A stretch of 64,000 nucleotides of DNA. Origin: Myxococcota bacterium. Lineage in GTDB: Bacteria; Myxococcota_A; UBA9160; UBA4427. Of the stretch, positions 1-7,308 are shown in pieces (the stretch's first letter is position 1; each line of letters opens with the position of its first letter). The notes under the pieces were generated by a model. That model was given only the letters and a program-made list of their open reading frames with translations, was not told the origin of the DNA and did not search any database. The translations under genes and the position numbers were made by a program. Where the stretch lies: positions 1 to 64,000 of the forward strand of contig JAYZFK010000005.1 in NCBI GenBank assembly GCA_036336835.1, given 5' to 3'.

Positions 1-190
1 GATCCATCTGATCGTCGACGTTCCCGACAGCTGGCGCAGCGCAATCGATCGCTTCGCCGACTACGTGCGCGAGCAGACGCTCGCCACCGAGCTTGCGCAG
101 GGCGACGCCGACAGCGACGGCCATTTCGAGCACGCCGGTCAGGTCAGCGGCGAGACGCTGCGCGTCGGGCTGCGACGCGTCGCCGACTGA
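1..190 (+). CDS. ileS: Isoleucyl-tRNA synthetase (type 2), C-terminal end, truncated by window edge
   Basis: Frame 2 reads IHLIVDVPDSWRSAIDRFADYVREQTLATEL...VGLRRVAD*, resembling the 'I.L...AI..F.DYI..ETLA' tail of type-2 IleRS; TGA at 188-190. Confidence 0.65.
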   Translation, partial: IHLIVDVPDSWRSAIDRFADYVREQTLATELAQGDADSDGHFEHAGQVSGETLRVGLRRVAD

Positions 191-283
191 GCCGGGCCGG
201 CGCCCGGAAGACTAGTCAAAAACTTCACGATTCCGGTAACTTGTACCTCGGCGGTCGCAGAGGGTGCAGACGGAGGAACGGTC

Positions 284-1177
284 TTGTTGATTCATGTGCT
301 CGGTTCGAGCGCAGGTGGCGGACTTCCGCAGTGGAACTGCGGAGGCCCCTACTCGATGCGAGCGCGCCGGAACGATCCCACCTGCCCCCCGCGCAGCCAG
401 CCTTCGCTCGCGGTGTCTGCCGACGGCCAGAGCTGGTCGATCGTCAACGCGAGCCCAGATATCCGCGACCAGCTGGCGCGCTTTTCGGGCCTGTATCCGC
501 GCGAGGGGACGCGCGACATCCCGCTCGACACGGTGACGCTCACCAACTGCGATCTCGACCACAGCATGGGCCTGCTCGTGCTGCGCGAGTCGCTGCCCTA
601 TCGCGTCGTGACGACACCGTGGGTACGCGAGGCCGTGCTTTCGAACAACGCGGCGTGGCGGCTGCTGGAGCCCGCCTGGGGCGTGGCCAAGCTCGACCAG
701 GAGTTCGCACTCGACCGCGACGGGGTGCTGACGGCTCGTTTCTTCCCGGTGCCGGGCAAGGTGCCGTCCTACCTCTCAGAGCTGGCCACGAATCACCCCG
801 AGGCGACTGTCGGCCTGCGCATCACCGACACACGCACAGGCAGGCGGATGGTCTACGCGGCGGGCATCAAGGCGCTCGACGAGGCCACGCTGGCCGAGCT
901 CTCGGCGGCCGAGCTCCGCTTCGTCGATGGCACCTTCTGGACCGCACGGGAGCTGCTCGGCATGCGGCCGGGTGCGCCGGACGCACACGCCATGGGGCAC
1001 CTGCCCATCGGCGGCCCCGACGGCAGCCTGGTGCGGCTCGCACGGCTGCCGGGGCGATCGATCTACATCCACATCAACAACACCAACCCGATCCTCGACG
1101 CGGGCTCGCCCGAGACCCGCGAAGTGCTCGACTCGGGCGTCGAGATCGCGTACGACGGAATGGATCTCGAGCTGTGA
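284..1177 (+). CDS. pqqB: PQQ biosynthesis protein PqqB
   Basis: VLGSSAGGGLPQWNC N-terminus, NASPDIR, DHSMGL, MGHLP and IHINNTNP motifs; GGAGG RBS before TTG start. Confidence 0.93.
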   Translation: MLIHVLGSSAGGGLPQWNCGGPYSMRARRNDPTCPPRSQPSLAVSADGQSWSIVNASPDIRDQLARFSGLYPREGTRDIPLDTVTLTNCDLDHSMGLLVLRESLPYRVVTTPWVREAVLSNNAAWRLLEPAWGVAKLDQEFALDRDGVLTARFFPVPGKVPSYLSELATNHPEATVGLRITDTRTGRRMVYAAGIKALDEATLAELSAAELRFVDGTFWTARELLGMRPGAPDAHAMGHLPIGGPDGSLVRLARLPGRSIYIHINNTNPILDAGSPETREVLDSGVEIAYDGMDLEL

Positions 1178-2154
1178 GCCGCGTCGCCGAACCCGTTGTC
1201 GGGCCCGACGCCCTCACGCCTGACGCGCTGGAGGCACAGCTGCGCGCGATCGGCGAGCAGCGCTACCACGATCGTCATCCATTCAACCAGCGCATGCACG
1301 AAGGTGCGCTCACCCGGCACGAGATCCAGACCTGGGCGCGCAACCGCTACTACTACCAGTCACGTATCCCGCTCAAGGACTCTCTGATCGTGTCCAAGGC
1401 CGACGATCCGGCCTTCCGGCGCGAGTGGTTGCAGCGTATCCAGGACCACGACGGGGCACGCGAGGGTGAGGGAGGGCTGTCGCTGTGGCTGCAGCTGGCA
1501 CAGGCCGTCGGCCTCGACCCAGCCTCCGTCGAGCGCCTGGAGGACATCCTGCCCGGGGTTCGCCGGGCTTGCGACGCATACGTCGAGCTGGTCGAGGCCA
1601 GCGACCTGCTGACGTCCGTGGCTGCATCGCTGACCGAGCTGTTCGCTGGCGACATCATGCACACCCGGATCGACGCCTTCGAACAACACTATCCATGGGT
1701 AGACACCTCGGGCCTCGCCTACTTCCGCGCTCGCACCACCCAGGCGCCACGCGACGCGGCCTGGGGCCTCGACTTCGTTCGGCGGGGCGCGACCTCGCGC
1801 GACGCGCAGCAGCGCTGCCTGGAGGCGCTCGAACGCAAGTGCAAGATCCTGTGGAGCCTGCTCGATGCCGTCGAGCGGGCGGGCCGCAGGCCCGCGCTCG
1901 TGTCGCACGCAGTGCTGCGCTTCGACGAGGCGGAGTCGGCCTGGCTGGTCGTACTGCCCGAGCGGGCCCTCAAGCTCGGCGGCAGCGGCCGGGCGATCCT
2001 CGAGCGGTGCGACGGCTCTCGCAGTGGCGCCGAGGTCATGGGCGAGATCGCGGCGCTCGCGGGAGCCTCGGAGTCGGCCGACCGCGAGGTCGACGACTTT
2101 CTGCACGCGATGGAGCGGGCCGGAGCGATCTGCTTCGAGCCGGCGCGAGAGTAG
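1174..2154 (+). CDS. pqqCD: PqqC-PqqD fusion protein
   Basis: GTG overlaps pqqB stop (GTGA). PqqC motifs RYHDRHPF, NRYYYQSRIPLKD, SLTELFA, HYPW; the last ~90 aa are PqqD-like (LRFDE...VLPERALKL...ILERCDGSRS). Confidence 0.9.
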   Translation: MSRVAEPVVGPDALTPDALEAQLRAIGEQRYHDRHPFNQRMHEGALTRHEIQTWARNRYYYQSRIPLKDSLIVSKADDPAFRREWLQRIQDHDGAREGEGGLSLWLQLAQAVGLDPASVERLEDILPGVRRACDAYVELVEASDLLTSVAASLTELFAGDIMHTRIDAFEQHYPWVDTSGLAYFRARTTQAPRDAAWGLDFVRRGATSRDAQQRCLEALERKCKILWSLLDAVERAGRRPALVSHAVLRFDEAESAWLVVLPERALKLGGSGRAILERCDGSRSGAEVMGEIAALAGASESADREVDDFLHAMERAGAICFEPARE

Positions 2155-2161
2155 GCTCACG

Positions 2162-3253
2162 GTGCCGGCGCCGCGTCCGTTCAACCTGGTCGCCGAGCTG
2201 ACGTATCGTTGCCCGCTGCGCTGCCCCTACTGCTCGAATCCACTCGACCATGCGTCGCTGCGCGACCGCCTCGATGCACCCGCCTGGGCGAGCCTGTTCG
2301 CCTCGGCAAGTGAGCTCGGCGTGGTCCATGTGGGCCTCACGGGAGGGGAGCCGAGCGCGCGCAGTGATCTCGAGCAGATCGTGCACGGAGCGGCCGAGGC
2401 TGGGCTGTATCCGCATCTCGTCACCGCGGGGCGGCCGCTGACCCCGGATCGACTGTCGGACCTGCGTACGGCCGGTCTGCGCAGCGTGCAGCTGTCGTTC
2501 CAGGACGCGGAGCCAGAGGCCTCCGACCGCATCGCGGGAACGCAGAGCTTCACGGCCAAGCTCGAGCTGGCACACGCCGTCCGTCGGCTGGGCCTGCCGC
2601 TGGTCCTGAACGTGGTGCTCCACCGGGAGAACCTCGAGCGCGTGCCGGAGATGATCGCGCTGGCCCGCGAGCTCGACGCCGCGCGCCTCGAGCTCGCCAA
2701 CGTGCAGCTCCACGGCTGGGCGCGACGCAACCGGCAGGCCCTGCTCCCGACTCGCGAGCAGCTCGAGACGGCGGGCGCGATCGTGCGCGCGGCCCGTCGG
2801 GAAGGGCGAGGCCCGGAGCTCGTCTTCGTGCTGCCAGACCACTGGTCGGAGCGGCCGAAGCCGTGCATGGGGGGCTGGGGACGCAAGACGATCGTGGTCG
2901 CACCCGACGGGCTGGTGATGCCGTGCCACGAGGCGCGCGCGCTGCCGGGTATCGAGCTGTGGAACGCGGCCGAGCGACCGCTGCGGGCGTGCTGGGAGGA
3001 CGCCCCGGGGATGAACGCATATCGGGGCGAAGAGTGGATGCGCGCGCCGTGTCGCAGCTGCCCCGAGCGAGAGCGAGACTTCGCAGGGTGCCGGTGTCAG
3101 GCCTTCCATCTGGCCGGGGATGCGGCGATCGCCGATCCAGCCTGCGCTCTGTCTCCGGCGCGCGACACGCTGCTCGCGGCGCGCGACGACGCCCGTGCCA
3201 ACGCGGCCTGGGTATACCGCGGAAGCCGAGCGCAACGTCGCGTGGATCAGTGA
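2162..3253 (+). CDS. pqqE: PQQ biosynthesis radical SAM/SPASM enzyme PqqE
   Basis: AELTYRCPLRCPYCSNP (CxxxCxxC), TGGEP, KPCMGGWG, PCH, CRSC...GCRCQA; GTG start at 2162 inferred. Confidence 0.93.
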   Translation: MPAPRPFNLVAELTYRCPLRCPYCSNPLDHASLRDRLDAPAWASLFASASELGVVHVGLTGGEPSARSDLEQIVHGAAEAGLYPHLVTAGRPLTPDRLSDLRTAGLRSVQLSFQDAEPEASDRIAGTQSFTAKLELAHAVRRLGLPLVLNVVLHRENLERVPEMIALARELDAARLELANVQLHGWARRNRQALLPTREQLETAGAIVRAARREGRGPELVFVLPDHWSERPKPCMGGWGRKTIVVAPDGLVMPCHEARALPGIELWNAAERPLRACWEDAPGMNAYRGEEWMRAPCRSCPERERDFAGCRCQAFHLAGDAAIADPACALSPARDTLLAARDDARANAAWVYRGSRAQRRVDQ

Positions 3254-4041
3254 AGCTCGGACAGGGCCATCTCGGCAGTGCGGCGGACCTCGGGGACCTC
3301 ATGCTTCGTCAGCTGCTCGAGCGCCGGCCGCACACGAGGATCGTCGTGCCGAGGGAGCGCGCGGGCTGCCGTCCGGACGACGGCCGGGTCAGGGTCGCCG
3401 AGTAGCTCGATCAGCGGACCGACAGCGTACTCGGTGGGGCCCTTGCCGAGCTGCTCGACCGCCCAGCTGCGCATGTCGCTCGGCAGGTCGATGCTAGTAA
3501 CCGCCTCGACGAACGCCTCGACATCCGTCCCGGTCGGCCTGGGTTCGGGGCGCTGAGGGCGAGCAGGAGAGCGGGCGCTCGCGCGCTCGGGCGCTCGCGC
3601 CACTGTTGGTGCGGGGCCGTCTCCCCCGGGCGCGGCCGCCGGCGACTGCAGGGCCGTCCAATCGTGGCTGCGCGGGTGACTGATACGCCAGACCGCGCCG
3701 GTGTCGACGTCGACTCGGACGAAGGTGAGCGGAATCGACGGCGACTGGACATAGTCGAGCACATAGCGACCGGCACGCCGATCCGATGCCTGGCTGTGGA
3801 ACGCGCTGCCGAGCGGCGCCCAGTCGCGGCCATCCGCGAGCGGCGACTGCGTGAGCTCGCCGGTCGCCGTGTCGAAGCGGACCAGAATCGGGCCTTCCGA
3901 GGTCTGGACGGCGTGAACCTCGAAGCGCCTCGGCGGGGTCGTCGAGACCTGGTCCGGGCATCCGCCGAGGAGCGAGAGTCCGACCACAGCCAGCAGGAGT
4001 GCGCAGGCGCGAGGAAACGTCAGCGATCGAGTGTGGGGCAC
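3247..4041 (-). CDS. Putative lipoprotein with a duplicated N-terminal module and C-terminal HEAT repeats
   Basis: Lipobox-like LSLLGGC; HEAT-like AVGPLIELLGDPDPAVVRTAARAL and ALEQLTKHEVPEVRRTAEMAL; start inferred. Confidence 0.65.
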   Translation of the reverse strand: MPHTRSLTFPRACALLLAVVGLSLLGGCPDQVSTTPPRRFEVHAVQTSEGPILVRFDTATGELTQSPLADGRDWAPLGSAFHSQASDRRAGRYVLDYVQSPSIPLTFVRVDVDTGAVWRISHPRSHDWTALQSPAAAPGGDGPAPTVARAPERASARSPARPQRPEPRPTGTDVEAFVEAVTSIDLPSDMRSWAVEQLGKGPTEYAVGPLIELLGDPDPAVVRTAARALPRHDDPRVRPALEQLTKHEVPEVRRTAEMALSELH

Positions 4042-4107
4042 GCGCCGACCTCGTTGAATCTGGGCCCGGCGCAGGGTAACGCGACCGTCAGCGCTTCGGT
4101 ACCAGGC

Positions 4108-4151
4108 ACAGAAAACGCCCCGGATCCAGCCGGATCCGGGGCGTTTTCTGT
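4108..4151 (-). terminator. Rho-independent terminator downstream of the PEP-CTERM cohesin gene
   Basis: Perfect 20-bp inverted repeat acagaaaacgccccggatcc / ggatccggggcgttttctgt with a 4-nt loop and T-rich end. Confidence 0.85.
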
Positions 4152-4183
4152 TTGCGAGCCATTCCGGCTCGTGACTCTCCGAG

Positions 4184-4819
4184 CTAGCGAAGGCCGCGGC
4201 GCCCCGCATAGCCAAGGCCAGCAAGACCGGCGATCACCAAGAGCGCCGTCGTCGGCTCGGGCACCACCGGTCCGGTGACCGACGCGCCAACGAAGGTACC
4301 GTTGGTCGTACCACCACCGGCAATCGTGATTGCGTCGATGCCCGGGTTCTGCAGGCTGGCAATCACATCGATGTCGGTATTGTCGTTCGCGCCAGCGACG
4401 ACGTGGAACGTCACGGAGCCCAGCGTACGAGTGACGCCACCCACCAGACCCGTCGACAGTGTTGCTTCGTCGAACTCAATGATCAAACCAGCCCCGTTGT
4501 CGATGACGGTGCCAACCGAGACGGGGGCGAACTCGTTCCCCATGCCCGGCAGGTTGACCACAGCAAGCTCCGTTGCGTTGACTGCCTGTAGCTCTGCGGC
4601 GTCGAACTCAATCGAGATGAACACGCCCCCGATTGTCACCACGTCCGAGGTAAGGACGATGTCGGCAATGTGATTGGACGTGCCTGCGGGCGAAACCAGC
4701 GTCGCGCCAACACCTCGCCAAATTATCGAGATGGACGGAAGGGCTTGCGCCGCACTGCTTGCCAACAGAAACGCCACTGACCCTACTGCTACCGCAATCG
4801 TCCGGTTGTATCTGGCCAT
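4184..4819 (-). CDS. PEP-CTERM sorting protein with a cohesin-like beta-sandwich domain
   Basis: Signal peptide ending AAQA; C-terminal VPEP + TM helix + RRGLR; core ISIEFDAAELQAV...IDNGAGLI...LGSVTFHV matches the cohesin pattern. Confidence 0.85.
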   Translation of the reverse strand: MARYNRTIAVAVGSVAFLLASSAAQALPSISIIWRGVGATLVSPAGTSNHIADIVLTSDVVTIGGVFISIEFDAAELQAVNATELAVVNLPGMGNEFAPVSVGTVIDNGAGLIIEFDEATLSTGLVGGVTRTLGSVTFHVVAGANDNTDIDVIASLQNPGIDAITIAGGGTTNGTFVGASVTGPVVPEPTTALLVIAGLAGLGYAGRRGLR

Positions 4820-4953
4820 ACTCCAAAAACTCCTCAGGTTTTTCCCTTCCCAGAAAGTTTTCTCGATCGTCTAGCCGTCAGCCTTCAATCCACCTTCGTT
4901 TTGCGGGTACCCGTCCCGGACCCAGACCAGGACGGACCCTTCAGACATACCTA

Positions 4954-5475
4954 CTACGGCAATGCCGCCGCACGCGGCAAGGCCTGAATCGTCGGGTCCG
5001 GACACGGCTTCCCAACCGAGAGCCGTCCCGTCATTGCCGACCCGTTCTTCGGGTAGTTCGGAGAGCCCGCAGCCGGCGCACACGCCCGACCACTCGGTCC
5101 AGGGAAGCCCTGCGCGAACTGACCTGCGAAACAGGCGAAGTCAGGACCACCGATGATCCCATCACCGTTGCAATCGACATCGGCGTTCCAACCGATCCCG
5201 TTTTCCGTGGCCAAGAACGCACCCGCAAAGGCTGCGAAATCGGGGCCACCAACGATGCCGTCCTGTGTGAAGTCACCGTCACAGGCATTGCCGTGACCGT
5301 CTTGATCCGAGTCTTCCTGCCCCTCGTTCGGTGTGGCGGAGCAGTTGTCCAGATTGTTCTGATGCGAGTCTGTATCGGAGTTCCCGTCGAGGCCAGCACC
5401 TGAAGTACCCACAACGAACAGGAAGGCAAATGTCACGACGAATGCGAGCGGCATCGTCATCCAGCCGGCTTTCAT
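4954..5475 (-). CDS. Secreted thrombospondin type-3 repeat + dockerin-like protein
   Basis: GAGGAG RBS; signal peptide; DNC...[17 protein letters not shown] (TSP3); duplicated [13 protein letters not shown] / [13 protein letters not shown]a-loop-helix repeats. Confidence 0.82.
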   Translation of the reverse strand: MKAGWMTMPLAFVVTFAFLFVVGTSGAGLDGNSDTDSHQNNLDNCSATPNEGQEDSDQDGHGNACDGDFTQDGIVGGPDFAAFAGAFLATENGIGWNADVDCNGDGIIGGPDFACFAGQFAQGFPGPSGRACAPAAGSPNYPKNGSAMTGRLSVGKPCPDPTIQALPRAAALP

Positions 5476-5610
5476 ACCCTTCTCCTCATGCAATCCACTT
5501 GTGCAACAAGCTCAAACTAGAAACCACGAGCCTGCGCCTCTCAAAACCAATTATTTGAGGCCCCCAGAGTTGCCCCGCGGGGCGCACGATGCGCCTGCAG
5601 AGAGAACTAC

Positions 5611-5627
5611 TGCAAGACCTATGCCCA
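5611..5627 (-). promoter_or_regulatory. Sigma-54 (-24/-12) promoter of the dockerin-cohesin unit
   Basis: Minus strand TGGGCATAGGTCTTGCA = GG-N10-GC ending TTGCA, in an AT-richer intergenic region. Confidence 0.7.
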
Positions 5628-5689
5628 GGCTGTCTTCTCCGACAACAGCCTATTGTTAAACGATTTTCGCCCAGTCGCCAAGCTGTAGG

Positions 5690-5735
5690 GTGGAAAAATT
5701 TTGCCGACATTGGGAAAGTCAGGAAAGTCGCTTCC
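5690..5735. promoter_or_regulatory. Two GGAA-N6-T(T/G)CC palindromes, candidate enhancer-binding-protein sites
   Basis: GGAAAAATTTTGCC (5692-5705) and GGAAAGTCGCTTCC (5722-5735), 30 bp apart, upstream of the sigma-54 box. Confidence 0.55.
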
Positions 5736-7248
5736 GCGAAAGAAGGCTCCGAATCCGCTCGAGCTCGGGCTCCAGATCCGCCTGGAATGACGAGAGTCTG
5801 GCGCGCGCTGCGTCGAGCGCGCCCGCGGTGACGCCAACGACATCCGTGGACAGCCGGACGACGAGGACGTCGCTCTCGCGATGCCAGGGACTCGCGTCGA
5901 GCGCCACGAGAGCGCGGATCAGCTCGTCTCCGAGACCTGCGCTGCCCTCATACCAGTGATGGACCAGAACCCGCCGCGCCCCGGTGCGCATCACGCTCCA
6001 GCTGGGTTGCATCGCCGGACTGCGGTCGAGCTCACCTTGCGCCTCGCGAATCCAGCCACTGCCGGGCGGAGTCGTCTTGGGCGAGATCGGGCTGCGGTAT
6101 CGCTGGTCGATATCACCCATGAGCACGAACAGATCGACGCTGCCGCCTGGATCCTCGTAGCGACGATCGATCACAGTGCGGTAGCCGATCGTCCCGAGGA
6201 AGGACCGGTCGGTGTCGAGCGCTTTCGAGCTGCGACCGCCGATTTCGGTCGCGAGATCCCTGCCCGATATGGGCTCCGCCGAGGGGATCTGCCAGGGCTG
6301 CAGAACCACGGAGAGCAGACACATCGCCGCCAGCGTGGAGCCGACGACTGCCGCTCTCGTGCGCACCCCAGCCAGCGCTCCGCTCGCTGTGGATCGATCG
6401 GTCTCGGTGTCCTCCACCTGCTTGCCATACCGTTCCAGCACGCCATCGACGGCATAGAGGACCGCCAGCCCGGCCAGCAGGATTGCCACGCCCTGCAGGT
6501 TGTGGATTGCAACCACCTCGGAATGGGGATTCAGGATCAGGGCGAGCACCCGGAAGCCATTCAGGGCGAAGGCCAGGACGGGAGCCAGCACCACGATCGA
6601 GACGGCGTGCCAGCCCCGACGCCCGAACAGCTCGACCAGTAGCAGCGCGACCATGGTCAGGGTCTGGACCGAGCGCAGTCCACTGCAGCCCTCGATCACC
6701 TGGAAGTGATCCTCGGCCAGCAGCACCTGGTCTCCCGAGACGAACGCCGCCTTGCCCATCGCGAACAGCAACCAGCCGGAGGCCTCGGCGGTCCAGAGCT
6801 GAAAGCGGTACAGCACCTCGGCCAGCTGCGGGGCTGGCATCGGCATCGCAAACAGCAGCAGCAACGCCGGCAACAGCACGATGCGCATCCCGCTGCGGCC
6901 AAAGTGGATGCCCGCAGTTGCCAGCACGCCGAACAGCAGCGAGATCGCCAGCAGGTGGGGCGCCAGGGTCTTGAGCGACCAGGCGAAGCTCGCCAGCGCG
7001 AGCGCCAGCAGCGGCACTGCCAGACCCCACGCGGCCGGCGAGTTCGCCAAGCTCGCGAGCCGGCCAGAACGCCGATAAATCAGCCAACCTGCGAGCAGCA
7101 CCACCACCACGGGCGATGTCTCGGTCGGGATGAAGAACCACTCTTCGAGCTCGCGCGAGAGGTCGGCCTCGGAGCCGAAGGCCAGCAGTCCCCGGTAGGC
7201 GAAGCAGGCGAGTACGAGATAGAGCAGTTGCAAGGGCGAGGACTCCAC
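5719..7248 (-). CDS. Exosortase (EpsH/XrtA-type) fused to an EpsI-like domain
   Basis: Multi-TM N-half with catalytic triad motifs VIEGCSGLRS (Cys), NGFRV (Arg), IHNLQG (His); soluble C-terminal domain (RRY...VDLFV...VHHWY...VVRLST). Confidence 0.9.
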   Translation of the reverse strand: MESSPLQLLYLVLACFAYRGLLAFGSEADLSRELEEWFFIPTETSPVVVVLLAGWLIYRRSGRLASLANSPAAWGLAVPLLALALASFAWSLKTLAPHLLAISLLFGVLATAGIHFGRSGMRIVLLPALLLLFAMPMPAPQLAEVLYRFQLWTAEASGWLLFAMGKAAFVSGDQVLLAEDHFQVIEGCSGLRSVQTLTMVALLLVELFGRRGWHAVSIVVLAPVLAFALNGFRVLALILNPHSEVVAIHNLQGVAILLAGLAVLYAVDGVLERYGKQVEDTETDRSTASGALAGVRTRAAVVGSTLAAMCLLSVVLQPWQIPSAEPISGRDLATEIGGRSSKALDTDRSFLGTIGYRTVIDRRYEDPGGSVDLFVLMGDIDQRYRSPISPKTTPPGSGWIREAQGELDRSPAMQPSWSVMRTGARRVLVHHWYEGSAGLGDELIRALVALDASPWHRESDVLVVRLSTDVVGVTAGALDAARARLSSFQADLEPELERIRSLLSRKRLS

Positions 7249-7308
7249 AGGCAGCGCACCCGCCGCAGCGGGCCAGATACGATCGCGCCGTCGAAAGGCG
7301 TGAAACTG

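Noticed and set aside
241..1173. N-terminal extension of the 637-aa ORF containing PqqC
   Set aside because: Overlaps pqqB out of frame with low-complexity Arg-rich translation; the real start is the GTG at 1174
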